Positions 38,802 through 50,150 of a DNA stretch of 64,000 nucleotides are shown piece after piece. Numbering within the stretch: position 1 is the first letter of the stretch; each line of letters starts with the position of its first letter. A model generated the notes under the pieces. That model searched no databases and was not told the DNA's origin. It was given only the letters and a program-made list of their open reading frames with translations. The position numbers were made by a program, and so were the translations under genes. The stretch is from Octopus sinensis (Eukaryota): NCBI RefSeq assembly GCF_006345805.1, contig NC_043003.1, forward strand, positions 4,898,001 to 4,962,000, given 5' to 3'.

Positions 38802-39252
38802 ATTTACATTATTTACATTCGACGGATATTTGTCCTCATCTTGTTTGTTTTAACACAACGTTTTGGCTGATATACTCTCCAGCCTTCATCAAGTGTCTTG
38901 GGGAAATTTCGAACCTGGGTTCTCATTCTTAAGGTATTATTTGATATTATTATTATTATTATTATTATAATTATTATTATTATTATATTATTATTATTAT
39001 TATTATTATTCAGGTCACTGCCTGGAACCAAACTCGGAATCTTGGGGTTAGAAGCCTGCGCTCTTAACCCCAAGATTCCGAGTTCGATTTCAAATAACAA
39101 CAACAACATCGAAAAATACCTTAGGAATGAGAACCCAGGTTCAAAATTTCCCCAAGACACCTGATGAAGGCTGGAGAGTATATCAGCCAAAACGTTGTGT
39201 TAAAAACAAACAAAATGAGAACAAATATCTGTCAAATGTAAATAATGTAAAT
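38802..39252. mobile_element. Head-to-head (fold-back) pair of an element made of a tRNA-like head, (AAT/AAC)n and a hammerhead-bearing tail
   Basis: 38802-38950 is the reverse complement of ~39100-39252; inner perfect 20-bp stem 39031-39050/39065-39084; B box gagttcgatt; hammerhead folds at 38852-38897 (-) and 39156-39201 (+). Confidence 0.85.
39156..39201 (+). ncRNA. Minimal type I hammerhead motif, G12>A (probably inactive)
   Basis: gacac CTGATGA a ggctg gagagtatat cagcc AAAA cg TT gtgtt. Confidence 0.7.
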
Positions 39253-40086
39253 AAGGTACATAATTCCTGATTTTTAATATAGAACTGTAAAAAAAAAGAA
39301 AGATCCTTAGGACCTATAACTAATGGAATGGGAAGATGATAAAGACCAGAGTCGCTGGTTAATTACCATAAATAGCTTCACATCAATCCCGGACACATAC
39401 TTATAAATGATGCTGGGGCCATCGCTCCTGCGTACAAAGAATCTAATGAAAGTTGCAAGATTTGGGCTTCCACTGTAATGAAGTACTCTGCAAACAGCAC
39501 AGAATTCAGACGGAACTCTTAACAATCTCGCTGATCTTCAAAATTCTTTGATAAATGATCCTTTGAAAGTGAATATATTAATTTTTTTAAAAATAAATTT
39601 ATAAAAAATAATAATTAAAACAAAGCGATGTAGTTAAGGAAATAATTACAGTAAAATATAAATTCTATCAAAAGAAGACAGTTTGATTTCTTTTTGTTTA
39701 ATTTTTATTTTTTAATTTTGAAATATATTGAAATGGTTATCTTTGAATCTGGTCTCTGAATATTGTCAAAACATCTGAGACAGAAATGGCGGCAAGATTG
39801 TACGTGATGTAACATTTGTTGTTGTTGGTGATGATGGTATTGGTGGTAGTGATGGTGGTGGTGGTTATATTACTGATAACAACTCTGATGCTAGTAGAGG
39901 TGGTTGTGGTGGTGGTGGTGGTGATGTATGTTGCAGTCATTGTTGCAGTTTGTGTTACTGATGGGTGGCGGATGTAACAGTCGAGTTGGTGATTGTTTAA
40001 GCCCAAGTTTGACTCTCATCGTATAGGACTATATCCCAAACCCTTACAGCCGTACCTACACCGCCTCCCTGTTGTTGTCAGAGAGC

Positions 40087-40154
<68 letters not shown>

Positions 40155-40529
40155 AAATTTGATACTTAAGTTAAAGGCACCAGAATTTCGTATGGTATTA
40201 TCCATATAAATCAAATGGGGTGATTATAATCAAAATAAGCAACAAGGATATCCAAGGTAGAGTAGTACAATTATTTCATGCTACTTCATTTTATTAAACA
40301 TTTGCCAACGTTATAAAGAGGGTAGATATATAGACAGAGAGGTCTATATAGAAATAGGAATAAGAATGTGCATTGTTCGTTTAATTAGAAAACTCTATAT
40401 GAGGCTGAAGATTTCTTGACATTTTAAAACTAATGTAATACTTTCATTGTTTAATAAAATGAAGTAGCATGAAACAATTGTACTACTCTACCTTGAATAT
40501 CATTTTTGCATATCTTGATTATATATATA

Positions 40530-40610
<81 letters not shown>

Positions 40611-40850
40611 TGTGTGTGTGTGTGTGTTAGAATTATATACGGACATTTAGGTCTGACTGCTACTTCTAGCTGATCACACGGCAAACGTAGTGGTTTCAAC
40701 ATTGGCTCCTGTGTGATAATCATGGAAATGTTGGCGGTGACGTGAATGCTGGTGGTTGTAACGGCGGTTGCAGCGGTGGTTGTAATGTTAATGAAGAGTG
40801 CTATCATAGTGCTGTTGATGATGATTTTAATGTGGTGGTTGCTGCTGTTG

Positions 40851-41223
40851 TTGTTGAGCGAACGGTCTTCGTCCCAAAGCTCGCAAGATGGGAGAAGTCC
40901 GAAACATGGTCCTTTGCTATTCGTAAGACCCGCAGAAGAGAAAGCAGGTCAACCCCCGACACCGAGAGCATCGACGGATGGATGAATGCGCATCCAAGAT
41001 CAGCGGTTGCGTAGGAAGTCGGGGACAAGTAACAGGAAGGAAGAGTGAGAGAAAATTGGAGTGAAAGAGCACAACAGGGGTCGCCACAGCCCCCTGCCGG
41101 AGCCTCGTGGAACTTCAGGTGTTTTCGCTCAATAAACATACACAACGCCCGGTCTGGGAATCGAAACCGCGATCCTCCGACCGCGAGTCCGCTGCCCTAA
41201 CCACTGGGCCATTGCACCTCCAC
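40851..41223 (-). mobile_element. SINE family C (3' variant 2), full length
   Basis: Same ~190-bp head as 6947-7333 but a different 3' half; 12-bp TSD ttgctgctgttg at 40839-40850 and 41224-41235. Confidence 0.88.
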
Positions 41224-41295
41224 TTGCTGCTGTTGAAGATAATTGCTGTACACATGCCTATACGGCCTGTATTGCTTCGAAAATTTATTGTTGTT

Positions 41296-41359
<64 letters not shown>

Positions 41360-41549
41360 AAGCAGTAGTAGTTAATGTCGTTGATGTTGTTTGTAATCCC
41401 AGGCCTGTCCGGATAACATATCAAAAGTTTTTTTATCAATGACTGTCCTGATTTGATGCAGGCTTAATGTACCTTGGATTACAGGTATATAACTCAACGT
41501 AAAACGATACACATTTGTATCTGCTCGAGAGATGCAACTATGCAGAGGC

Positions 41550-41885
41550 GCCGCCGCCTTGAAGAATTTTAGTGAAACCAAACGACACCAACACCAATGT
41601 CTTTTACAGTTAGGTACTGATTCTACTGGATTTTTTTTGCGGAACTGCTAATTTACGGGGACGTAAGCACACAAACATCGGTTATCAAGGCACAAAGACC
41701 CGTAAGCTACCCCATAGCTATATACTGTCTTCTTTCAGTTGTCGGCTACCAAATCAACTAACAATCTACGTTGGTTAGAGGATATTGTAGATACCAGATA
41801 CAGAAGCTGCCATGCAGCGGTACTGAACCTGGACATTCGGTTTGAAAGGCAAACCGCTTACCACATGATCACGCCTGCGCCTATA
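41550..41885 (-). mobile_element. Degenerate SINE, family A
   Basis: acggggacgtaag, cttctttcagtt and cttaccac...cacgcctgcgccta motifs. Confidence 0.65.
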
Positions 41886-42106
41886 TATTTATATATATAG
41901 CGTGATGTAACTCTTTGGAATAACAATGTTTGCGGCTGAAGAGAGCTTTAAACCATCTTTTATATCAGTTATACACTAATGTAAGAACGGGTCGTTTATA
42001 ACACTTGAAACACGTGTACCGCAATATCCTTTGTTTTTAGTTTTTTATTTTATTTGATATATTCCCTCTCACCTCTGCCAGTATCTGGCATATACACGGT
42101 GCTTAC

Positions 42107-42148
<42 letters not shown>

Positions 42149-42354
42149 GCACTTCATTTTTGTATTTGGTTTGCAAGATGCTTCATGTAAATTCTTACGT
42201 TCAAACAAATTTTGTTATGCCAATAATAGAAACGCACACAAAAACAAATACACACATTCACACAATCTCACAAGTATACGTCTTACGTGATATACCTGTA
42301 TATACGCACACACACACAAGCACGCACATATATACACAGACAGATAGAAAGATA

Positions 42355-42357
42355 GGC

Positions 42358-42437
<80 letters not shown>
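42355..42437. repeat. (GATA)n microsatellite
   Basis: Directly visible. Confidence 0.97.
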
Positions 42438-42438
<1 letters not shown>

Positions 42439-42590
42439 TCTGTCCCCTATTATAGCTGTGTATTCACGTGTATGAACTGGTGTTTCTATTTGTCAATTTG
42501 TTCATATGTTCCTGTGAATCTAAGATTGTATAAGACTAATACAAGCAGATGAAATTCTATATAATTTATGCACTCACGCACAAACACCCA

Positions 42591-42676
<86 letters not shown>

Positions 42677-43004
42677 TAGATATATATAGATGGATGTATA
42701 TGTATGCATTATTCTATGTATCGATGATAAATATCTTGATAACTGGTGATCAGGATAATGAAGAGGATGGTGATGATGATGGTAGCAATGATGTCCTTGT
42801 TGTTGTTGTTGTTGAGTAATGATTCTTGCTAATGGCAGCAGCATGACTGAGAAATTAAATAAGGGAAGTGTGTTTAAGTATATCATCATAAATGTATAGC
42901 ATACACATGAGTGTGCGTCTAATATAAATATGTGTGTCTATATGCACACGCACACATACATACATATATGTATAAATAAATAAATAAATAAATAAATAAA
43001 TGTA

Positions 43005-43075
<71 letters not shown>

Positions 43076-43739
43076 TTCAATGATAATATCATATGGAAAG
43101 TAAACTATTAAAATTACGATATTTAATTATACCAATTGAGATAGAGGAAGGCTTTCAACAGACTTTGTAACGCATAGCATAACATACAGATCGATATTAC
43201 ATAGATATACTTTGATAAAGCTGCTATTTCATAACATACAGATCGATACAGCGTAGATATATGTATTGATAAAGTTGCTATTGGGAACATCTGAAGGTAA
43301 TTACGTGCGGCTAATTATCATCATGGAATCTTGATAGAAGCACAACAACATTTCACTGTCAGAGCGTGAGATGGGGAGTCCGTGAGAGTGCTTAGCAATA
43401 CGTTCACATGCATACATACATACATATATACACATGTGGTGTGTGTGTGTGTGTGTGTGTGTTCGTATAGGTAACTGCATTATAAAATTTGTTTTGCTGA
43501 TGATGTTCGTTGGGGGAGAAACACGTGTAAGCGATTATCTTCTTATCTCCAGATAATAAGCCCGTTCTTTTTGTTAATGGCACTTTAATTCTCTAGAATT
43601 CTTGATTTCTGAGATTGTAAACTCATCTCGTATGGAACTATTTTCGATTGCCATTTGCTAATTATGGTACATCCTCAAAAATATTTAATAAATCAGGAAT
43701 TTATGCTGCGTGACATTTGATATTTGTCTTTTCTATGTA

Positions 43740-43799
<60 letters not shown>

Positions 43800-43834
43800 T
43801 ATAGAAACACAAAATATATGTAAGATTCAGTTGA

Positions 43835-44172
43835 ATAAGGCATGTACGTGACCCGACTACACTATGTTAGACACGATTCGACAGATAAATTGTCGCACTT
43901 TTATAATTCCAGTTTCGTGCGTGCTCATTGTTTTTTTTTTGTCACCTAGACAGTGTAGAAAGGGTTCAACCAGTCACCGTTGGGCACTGTCATGAAAAAT
44001 AGCACCATAATGCAATTCACTGTGCCTGAAATTCGGAAATGACATGCTGTAGTTATTGGCATTCGCGCCGGAAGCTCCAATACGAACATTTCAGAGTGTT
44101 TGGGTGTGAATATGAGTTGGAAAAATCTGATGGTGATTAGAGAAGTGCGGCACTGAGAAAACCCACTCTGAA
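43835..44172 (+). mobile_element. 5' remnant of a Tc1/mariner (maT-like) transposon
   Basis: From 44010: MQFTVPEIRK*HAVVIGIRAGSSNTNISECLGVN, parallel to the N-terminus of the neighbouring element (MADAQLNQEMKRR..IVAIKAEYSDLEIS). Confidence 0.45.
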
Positions 44173-44365
44173 TATATATATATATATAATATATATATAT
44201 ATATATTATATATATATATATATATATAGGAAACCGGTCATTTCTTCTATACTATGTCATTGTATGAAAAAAAAATTTATAACATTCTTCAGACATATGA
44301 CTCAAATATATATTTTTTAACCTTTTAAAACAAGCCTTCTGTAGTTCTTTTCACTTTTTACTATT

Positions 44366-44400
<35 letters not shown>

Positions 44401-44403
<3 letters not shown>

Positions 44404-44523
44404 GACGAGCTTCTTTCAGTTTCCGTCTACCAAATTGACGGTCCGAGGTTACAGTAGAAGACGCAACCTGGAACCATGTTGCTGGGAAACAAGCTTCTTA
44501 CCACACAACCACGAGTGCGTCTA
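44401..44523 (-). mobile_element. SINE family A, partial head
   Basis: gcttctttcagtttccgtctaccaaat...gcttcttaccacacaaccac. Confidence 0.7.
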
Positions 44524-44540
44524 ATATGTATATCTATATA

Positions 44541-45787
44541 CAGGGTGCGTAAGGTGCTTGAGGGCATACTTTTTTCGAGTCATTGCTGTGTTTTTTGCTA
44601 ACTCTTTGTTTCAGAAAATAATAAAATAATAATGGCAGACGCTCAGCTTAATCAAGAAATGAAGAGAAGGGATTTTATTGTAGCTATAAAGGCTGAGTAT
44701 AGCGATTTAGAAATATCTTGATGTTTTAAAAGTTGCCTGCTCTTTCGTCTGTAAAATTTCTAAGGAATTAAAGACTGAAGATGGAAACATATCACCAGTA
44801 TCAAAGCATAAAACGCATTCCAAACGCTCTGAAATCATCAGAAGACCTGAATTTTTCCAACGAGTTCTACAGAAATTTTGATTACAATCCCAGAAAGTCC
44901 ATGAAGTCAATTGCAAAAGATCTCTATGTGTCAGAAGGAACAGTCAGAATTGTTTTCCACGAAGACGTCAGATGTAAGTCTTATATGACGAGAAAAGATC
45001 AATTTGTCCGAAAAATCAAAAGAAAATCACTACATCAGAGCTATAAGTACTTAAACAAACCGAAAAATCCTGCAGAAGATTTGATTTGGTTTTTCTCAAA
45101 CGAATAAAACTTCGAAAAAGATCAAAAAGTTAACATAAGAAACGACAGATGGTCATGTGCAGACCCTTCCTAAGTTCCAAGTGTTATGTAGACAAAATTT
45201 CCTGAAACTGTCATGGTTTTATGGGTTGCCAGCAATGAAGGACATACTTTACTTCCTTCTTGTCATAAGGCCTTAGAGTTAAGTGTATTCCCTACATTGA
45301 GGTCCGGGAATAATTATTAAGCCTTGGATAGAGAATGTATGTAATGGAAGGCCATATGTTTTAGTAAGACTCTGCACTATCACACATGGCTCTTGTAACA
45401 CAGGAATGGATGGCTGAAAATTTTCATGATCACATAATCCTTAACATTTGGCCTACTGATTCCCCAGATCTCAATCTATTGGACTATTACATGTGGAATG
45501 ATGTTCAGAGAGAGGTCAATGAACACATCCATAACACCAAAGATTCTATGAAAGCTGCCATTGTCAGAGTAATGCCCATAATTAACCAGGACCACTTCAT
45601 TGAAGCATGTAGATGAGTTAGATCTCGTATAGAAGCAGTTGTTGAAGCTGAATGTGGCTTTATTGAATTACATTATAGAAAAGAAGGTTTATTTTTTTAT
45701 ATTCATAACATTTTTTGATAAATGAAATCATGTATTATCTGTTGTTTTATAAACAAATATCTGTCCTCAAATATCTTACGCACCCTG
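44541..45787 (+). mobile_element. Full-length decayed Tc1/mariner element, DD37D (maT) family, 1247 bp
   Basis: TIRs cagggtgcgtaaggtgcttgagggca / tgtcctcaaatatcttacgcaccctg, TA at 44539-44540 and 45788-45789; F**DSALSH...WPTDSPDLNLLDYYMW has 37 residues between the last two Asp. Confidence 0.92.
44632..45678 (+). pseudogene. maT transposase pseudogene (several stops and frameshifts)
   Basis: ATG at 44632; HTH-like NPRKSMKSIAKDLYVSEGTVR; WFFSNE* (first catalytic Asp region decayed); ends ...IEAVVEAECGFIE. Confidence 0.85.
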
Positions 45788-45805
45788 TACATTATATATA
45801 TATAT

Positions 45806-46073
45806 CACGTGATCACGTGACGACCAGACCATCAGATGTTGTTACACATCGCTGGTCACAATGCGTTCGCATTGTTTTAGCCTTCGAATGACGCCACCCC
45901 GCTGGCTAAGCGAGCAGGCCAACAGAAGAAAGAGTGGGAGAAAGAGTGGTGAAGGAGTACAGCAGGGATCACCACCCCCTGCCGGAGCCTCGTGGAGCTT
46001 TTAGGTGTTTTCGCTCAATAAACACACACAACGCTCAATAAACACACACACTAACCACTAGGCCATTGCGCCT

Positions 46074-46077
<4 letters not shown>
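45806..46077 (-). mobile_element. SINE family C (3' variant 3); B-box region replaced by a short duplication
   Basis: Family C head and core, a third distinct 3' half, (atcacgtg)2 tail; gctcaataaacacacaca is duplicated. Confidence 0.85.
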
Positions 46078-46124
<47 letters not shown>

Positions 46125-46350
46125 TAAAAACGGTAAGATAACAGGAGAATGAACGAGACAACAATATTATGTAAATAGAGGAATTTATCTGTAAATATAA
46201 TACGTGACAATTATTCGGTAGCCAAGATAAAACTCTGAGTTTCGGATGCCGAGGTAGAAATCAACACCACCATCTCCTCAGTTATCCGGCCATCGGATAA
46301 ACGCTATCTATAGCTACCGAATAATTGTCACATATTATATTTACAGATAT
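46125..46350 (-). mobile_element. Short PLE-pLTR-like element with 37-bp inverted arms enclosing a hammerhead
   Basis: Arms 46186-46222 and 46313-46349 (1 mismatch); a relative lies at 57250-57390. Confidence 0.75.
46226..46286 (-). ncRNA. Type I hammerhead motif with intact core
   Basis: gataa CTGAGGA gatg...catcc GAAA ctc a gag TT ttatc: 5-bp stem I, palindromic stem III, partly decayed long stem II. Confidence 0.7.
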
Positions 46351-46827
46351 ATATAAATGCATTTAGGCATATTATTATGTATGTATGCATGTACTTATGT
46401 ATATGTGCATGCATGTATGTATGTATGTATGTACGCATGTATGTATGCATCTATGTGTGTATGAGTGCATATATGTGTGTCGGTGAGTGCACCTGTTTAT
46501 TAGTGTTTTCCATACAATTCACTTTTAGCATCAAGGTAACCAGTGCCAGTCTTACTTGGTATTAAATTGCTCGTGTTCCACTTGTAACACTTTAATGCGT
46601 GAATTCCTGTGTCTTTACATCGATGTGAGTTTGCGTGCGCATGTGCCTGTGAGTGTGATTGTTTGTCGTTGTGTGGACCACATATGTTCTTATATGATGT
46701 AATATATTAGATTTTCTTCCTATTCGAGACATTTTTAGTATTCGTTTGTATTTGTATGGAACGGTGGCCGTATGTGTTTGTAATAATACAGAAAACAGTG
46801 TAAAGGTAGCCAGGTATATGCAGTCTA

Positions 46828-46932
<105 letters not shown>

Positions 46933-48139
46933 ATCTCTCTATCTATCTTTATCTCTATCTATTTATCTGTCTATCTGTGTATGTTTAGCTATCAATAATA
47001 AATGCGATCTGACGATATTTCTGAGATTCGTTCAACCGAAAAGCAACTATTTCTTACTCTACGGGCTATCAATTAGTTGACCAATTCATTTATACACACC
47101 TACGTGCGCGCGCACACACAGACACAGACATACACAAAACTCACATACTCAGGCACATAGACATACAAACCATCGAACGTTATACTGTTGAAGCGTAGCT
47201 AAACCGTTTTCCCACTTTGTTTTCAGTGCCTGAGGCTGACAGATTAGAGATTGCTATTAGAGTCGTCGTTTTCTATCAAAATACCGAGTACACTTACAGA
47301 GCAACCAGTGGCGGTTTCGAATCAACACCCAGCCTATTGTTATTGCTGTTTAACCCTCACCTTCTTCTAATCTGGGATTAATATGGAGAAAACCAGTGGA
47401 AAGAAGATCACCGGATTTTTGTTTCATCAGAAACGTTTTTATTTACTTTCTTAAGCGCAAGTGTTTTATGAGGGCGACATGGCTACTATTTCGAAGATAA
47501 AGGTAGATGATCTCTCTGAACAGTATATAACACGTAGAATGTAATAGGACAACCATATTTAGTGATAGAGAAGTTAAGCATATAGTTAGTTGACCCTGGC
47601 TACTAGCTGTATATTCATCCATTCCTAGTGGCCAGAAGGTAAAAGCTGTGCTATACAGGGTGCTACTCATTCAGAGAATGTAGGTACATTCAACGAAGTT
47701 CTTCATGTTAACCTTACCCAACTTTCAGAAAGCTGAACGTAGCAGGATACATCGTTCTCCATATTAATCTTCAACTTCAAGTCTTCATAGAAGTCTAGGA
47801 GAAACAATAACAACACATCGCTTTAACTCTTCGAGATAGCAACCGCTTCGAAACAATATCTTAGCTTAAGAAGAAAGGAAGGACTGAAGCAGTATTGTGG
47901 TCCTGGATAAACTACACCTGGGCGAAAGATAATTTGATCACACTTGAAAGAACATTGTCAACAGTGTTCTGGATCACAAGTGACCGTGGATTACAGGATG
48001 TGTGTGTGTGTGTTTCATTGTTTCGATGGGTGTGGCTCGTGTTCGTGTCTGGGTACACACATGAACATATATGTATATATAATATATATACATACACACA
48101 TATATACAGACACGCATACATACATAAAAGCACATGTGT

Positions 48140-48285
48140 TGTTGGCTATTTCTATTCCTTCTTTGAACTTTTCCCTTTCTCCTTTCCGACGAAGAGCTAT
48201 GCTCGAAACGTCAAAGTAATACATTCATTGTGCACGTCCTCTTGGTGTCTCTTAATTTTATTCGTTTATTTGAATTGGCGATATA
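48140..48285 (+). mobile_element. pLTR-like element with hammerhead motif at 48182-48216 (U4>C)
   Basis: cttt CCGACGA a gagc tat gctc GAAA cg TC aaag. Confidence 0.65.
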
Positions 48286-48294
48286 TGTATATAT

Positions 48295-48550
48295 AGGGAG
48301 AGTTTACGAAAAAAACCCCAAAAAACGAAGACAGGAAGTGTACAAAGCAAACAAATGTATTAGTATAACGCTCAGGAATAGAAAAGTCTTTTACGTTTCG
48401 AGCCTACGCTCTTCTACAGAAAGGGACACAGAAAAAAACAAGGAGAGAAACAAGGAGATAAAAAGGAGAGAAAAAAGGAGAGAGAAAAAGGAGAGAGAAA
48501 AAAGGGGAGAAAAAATGTGCGTAGTGGCTAACGATCTATCATGGCGACCG
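48295..48550 (-). mobile_element. Second copy of the 23.6-kb hammerhead element (motif at 48387-48424)
   Basis: Reverse complement cttt CTGTAGA a gagc gtag gctc GAAA cg TA aaag; flanking similarity along the whole element. Confidence 0.8.
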
Positions 48551-49249
48551 ATATATATAAATATATATATATTGCCCGATTACATATATGAAATATGGTC
48601 TATATATATTGGTTATATATCCAACATTAATGTTAATTCCTCAATAAATACAGAAACGCCATTAACGGCTGCAACAGAAATGTAGTGAACATGACGAAAT
48701 TGAACATTCTTCTTTCTCTATTTTCTTTCTTTCTCTCTCTCTTCCTTTATTCTCTCTTTATCTCTTAAGCTCGCCCCTCTCTCATCAGTCTATCAGCCGG
48801 GAGAATTACGAAGAAAATGGTGGACATGTTAGCCATACTTCAAGCGCTGTCAGATTTACTTCCTGTTGTTTTATCAACTATAACCAAACTATGTTTTCAG
48901 TCGTGTTTCCGGTGTGGTGAGCCAGCATATTTTTTCCATATTTATTGCAACTACCACATATTTATCAGAAAATCTTTTGTTTATCTATTACTCGTTTCCA
49001 TTGCTGAATTAAACAAATTGTCACATTTTTCCCTCTTTAATTCTCTATTATATGCAGTTGTATTTTCACCTATCATGTATTGATTCTCTTTCTGCTCTCT
49101 CTCTCTCTCTTTCCTTCCCTCGCCTTGTCTATAATCTGATATATTTTGTTTGCGCATACTTAAGCGTAAAATTATAACAGCATCTTTAAGGCATTCATTC
49201 GACTAAATTAGTTTATATTGTGATGCTAAGGCATGTTTCATTAGCCTCA

Positions 49250-49700
49250 TTCTGCTTAAACATATCATCGACGTCACAGCTAAAGAAGCCTAATTTTGTC
49301 ATCGTTGATGTAATATTTAGTAAAAGTGCATGTTATAAGCGACATGTCTTGAAAACAACTACAGTTTTCTATTCAGTTATTATTAAAACATCATTCAGCA
49401 AAAGAGCGTGGTATAAGCGACATATTTAGAAAACAACGATAATTATCTACTAAGTGGTATTTGGTGCATCTCTTAGTGATATTTCATGATATAAGTGACG
49501 TATATGGAAGACAACATTATTCACCCACTTAACTGTGATTCACGCATCGTTTTATGAAAATGCATGATATAGGCGACATATCTAGAACACAATTTTTATC
49601 GTCTGCTCAAGTGGTGTTGATGTAGTGTTCACTAAAATCCATGACAGAAGTGATATAAAATCTATTGTCTTTGATATATTGTTCGCTGATACACACACAC

Positions 49701-49748
<48 letters not shown>

Positions 49749-50150
49749 CTCCAAATTTGCCATCAAGATGTAGGACAAGATACTGCGATAGCCTGGGCTT
49801 CAGAGGTCCACAGCTCTTCAATATCCTCCCGAAGGACCCGAGAGACCTGCATGGAGTGGATGCAGATGTCTTTAAAATAAAGCTGGACCTCTTCCTGTCA
49901 GGTGTCCCAGAGGAACCAACTTCAAGGCAGGAGATGCAGATGAAGGCAGCTGCATCAAACTCTCACATGCACCAAACGTCAATTGCCAAAAAGCATTCGT
50001 GAAGTAAAATCATGTAGCAACACCGAATGGCGGTGCTCCAGCATGGCCACAGCTCGTGAACTGAAACTAGATGAAATGAAATGAAAATATATTAGTTCTT
50101 TTTTATGAATGTCCAGTATCTATAAGCGGCATTTGTACCAGACAAGAAAA
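49250..50150. repeat. Degenerate 78-bp tandem array interrupted by a microsatellite and a LINE fragment
   Basis: tataagcgacat-like anchors at 49334, 49412, 49490, 49568 (exactly 78 apart), ~49645, and 50121 beyond the insertion. Confidence 0.8.
49744..50088 (+). mobile_element. CR1/L2-group LINE 3' fragment with (TGAAA)n tail
   Basis: RCRTRYCDSLGFRGPQLFNILPKD...KIKLDLFLSGVPEEPTSRQEMQMKAAASNS; 3' UTR ggcggtgctccagcatggcc. Confidence 0.88.

Noticed and set aside
40742-41014. 90-aa ORF starting MNAGGCNGGCSGGC
   Set aside because: Made of a degenerate GGT/GTT repeat plus the antisense strand of a family C SINE.
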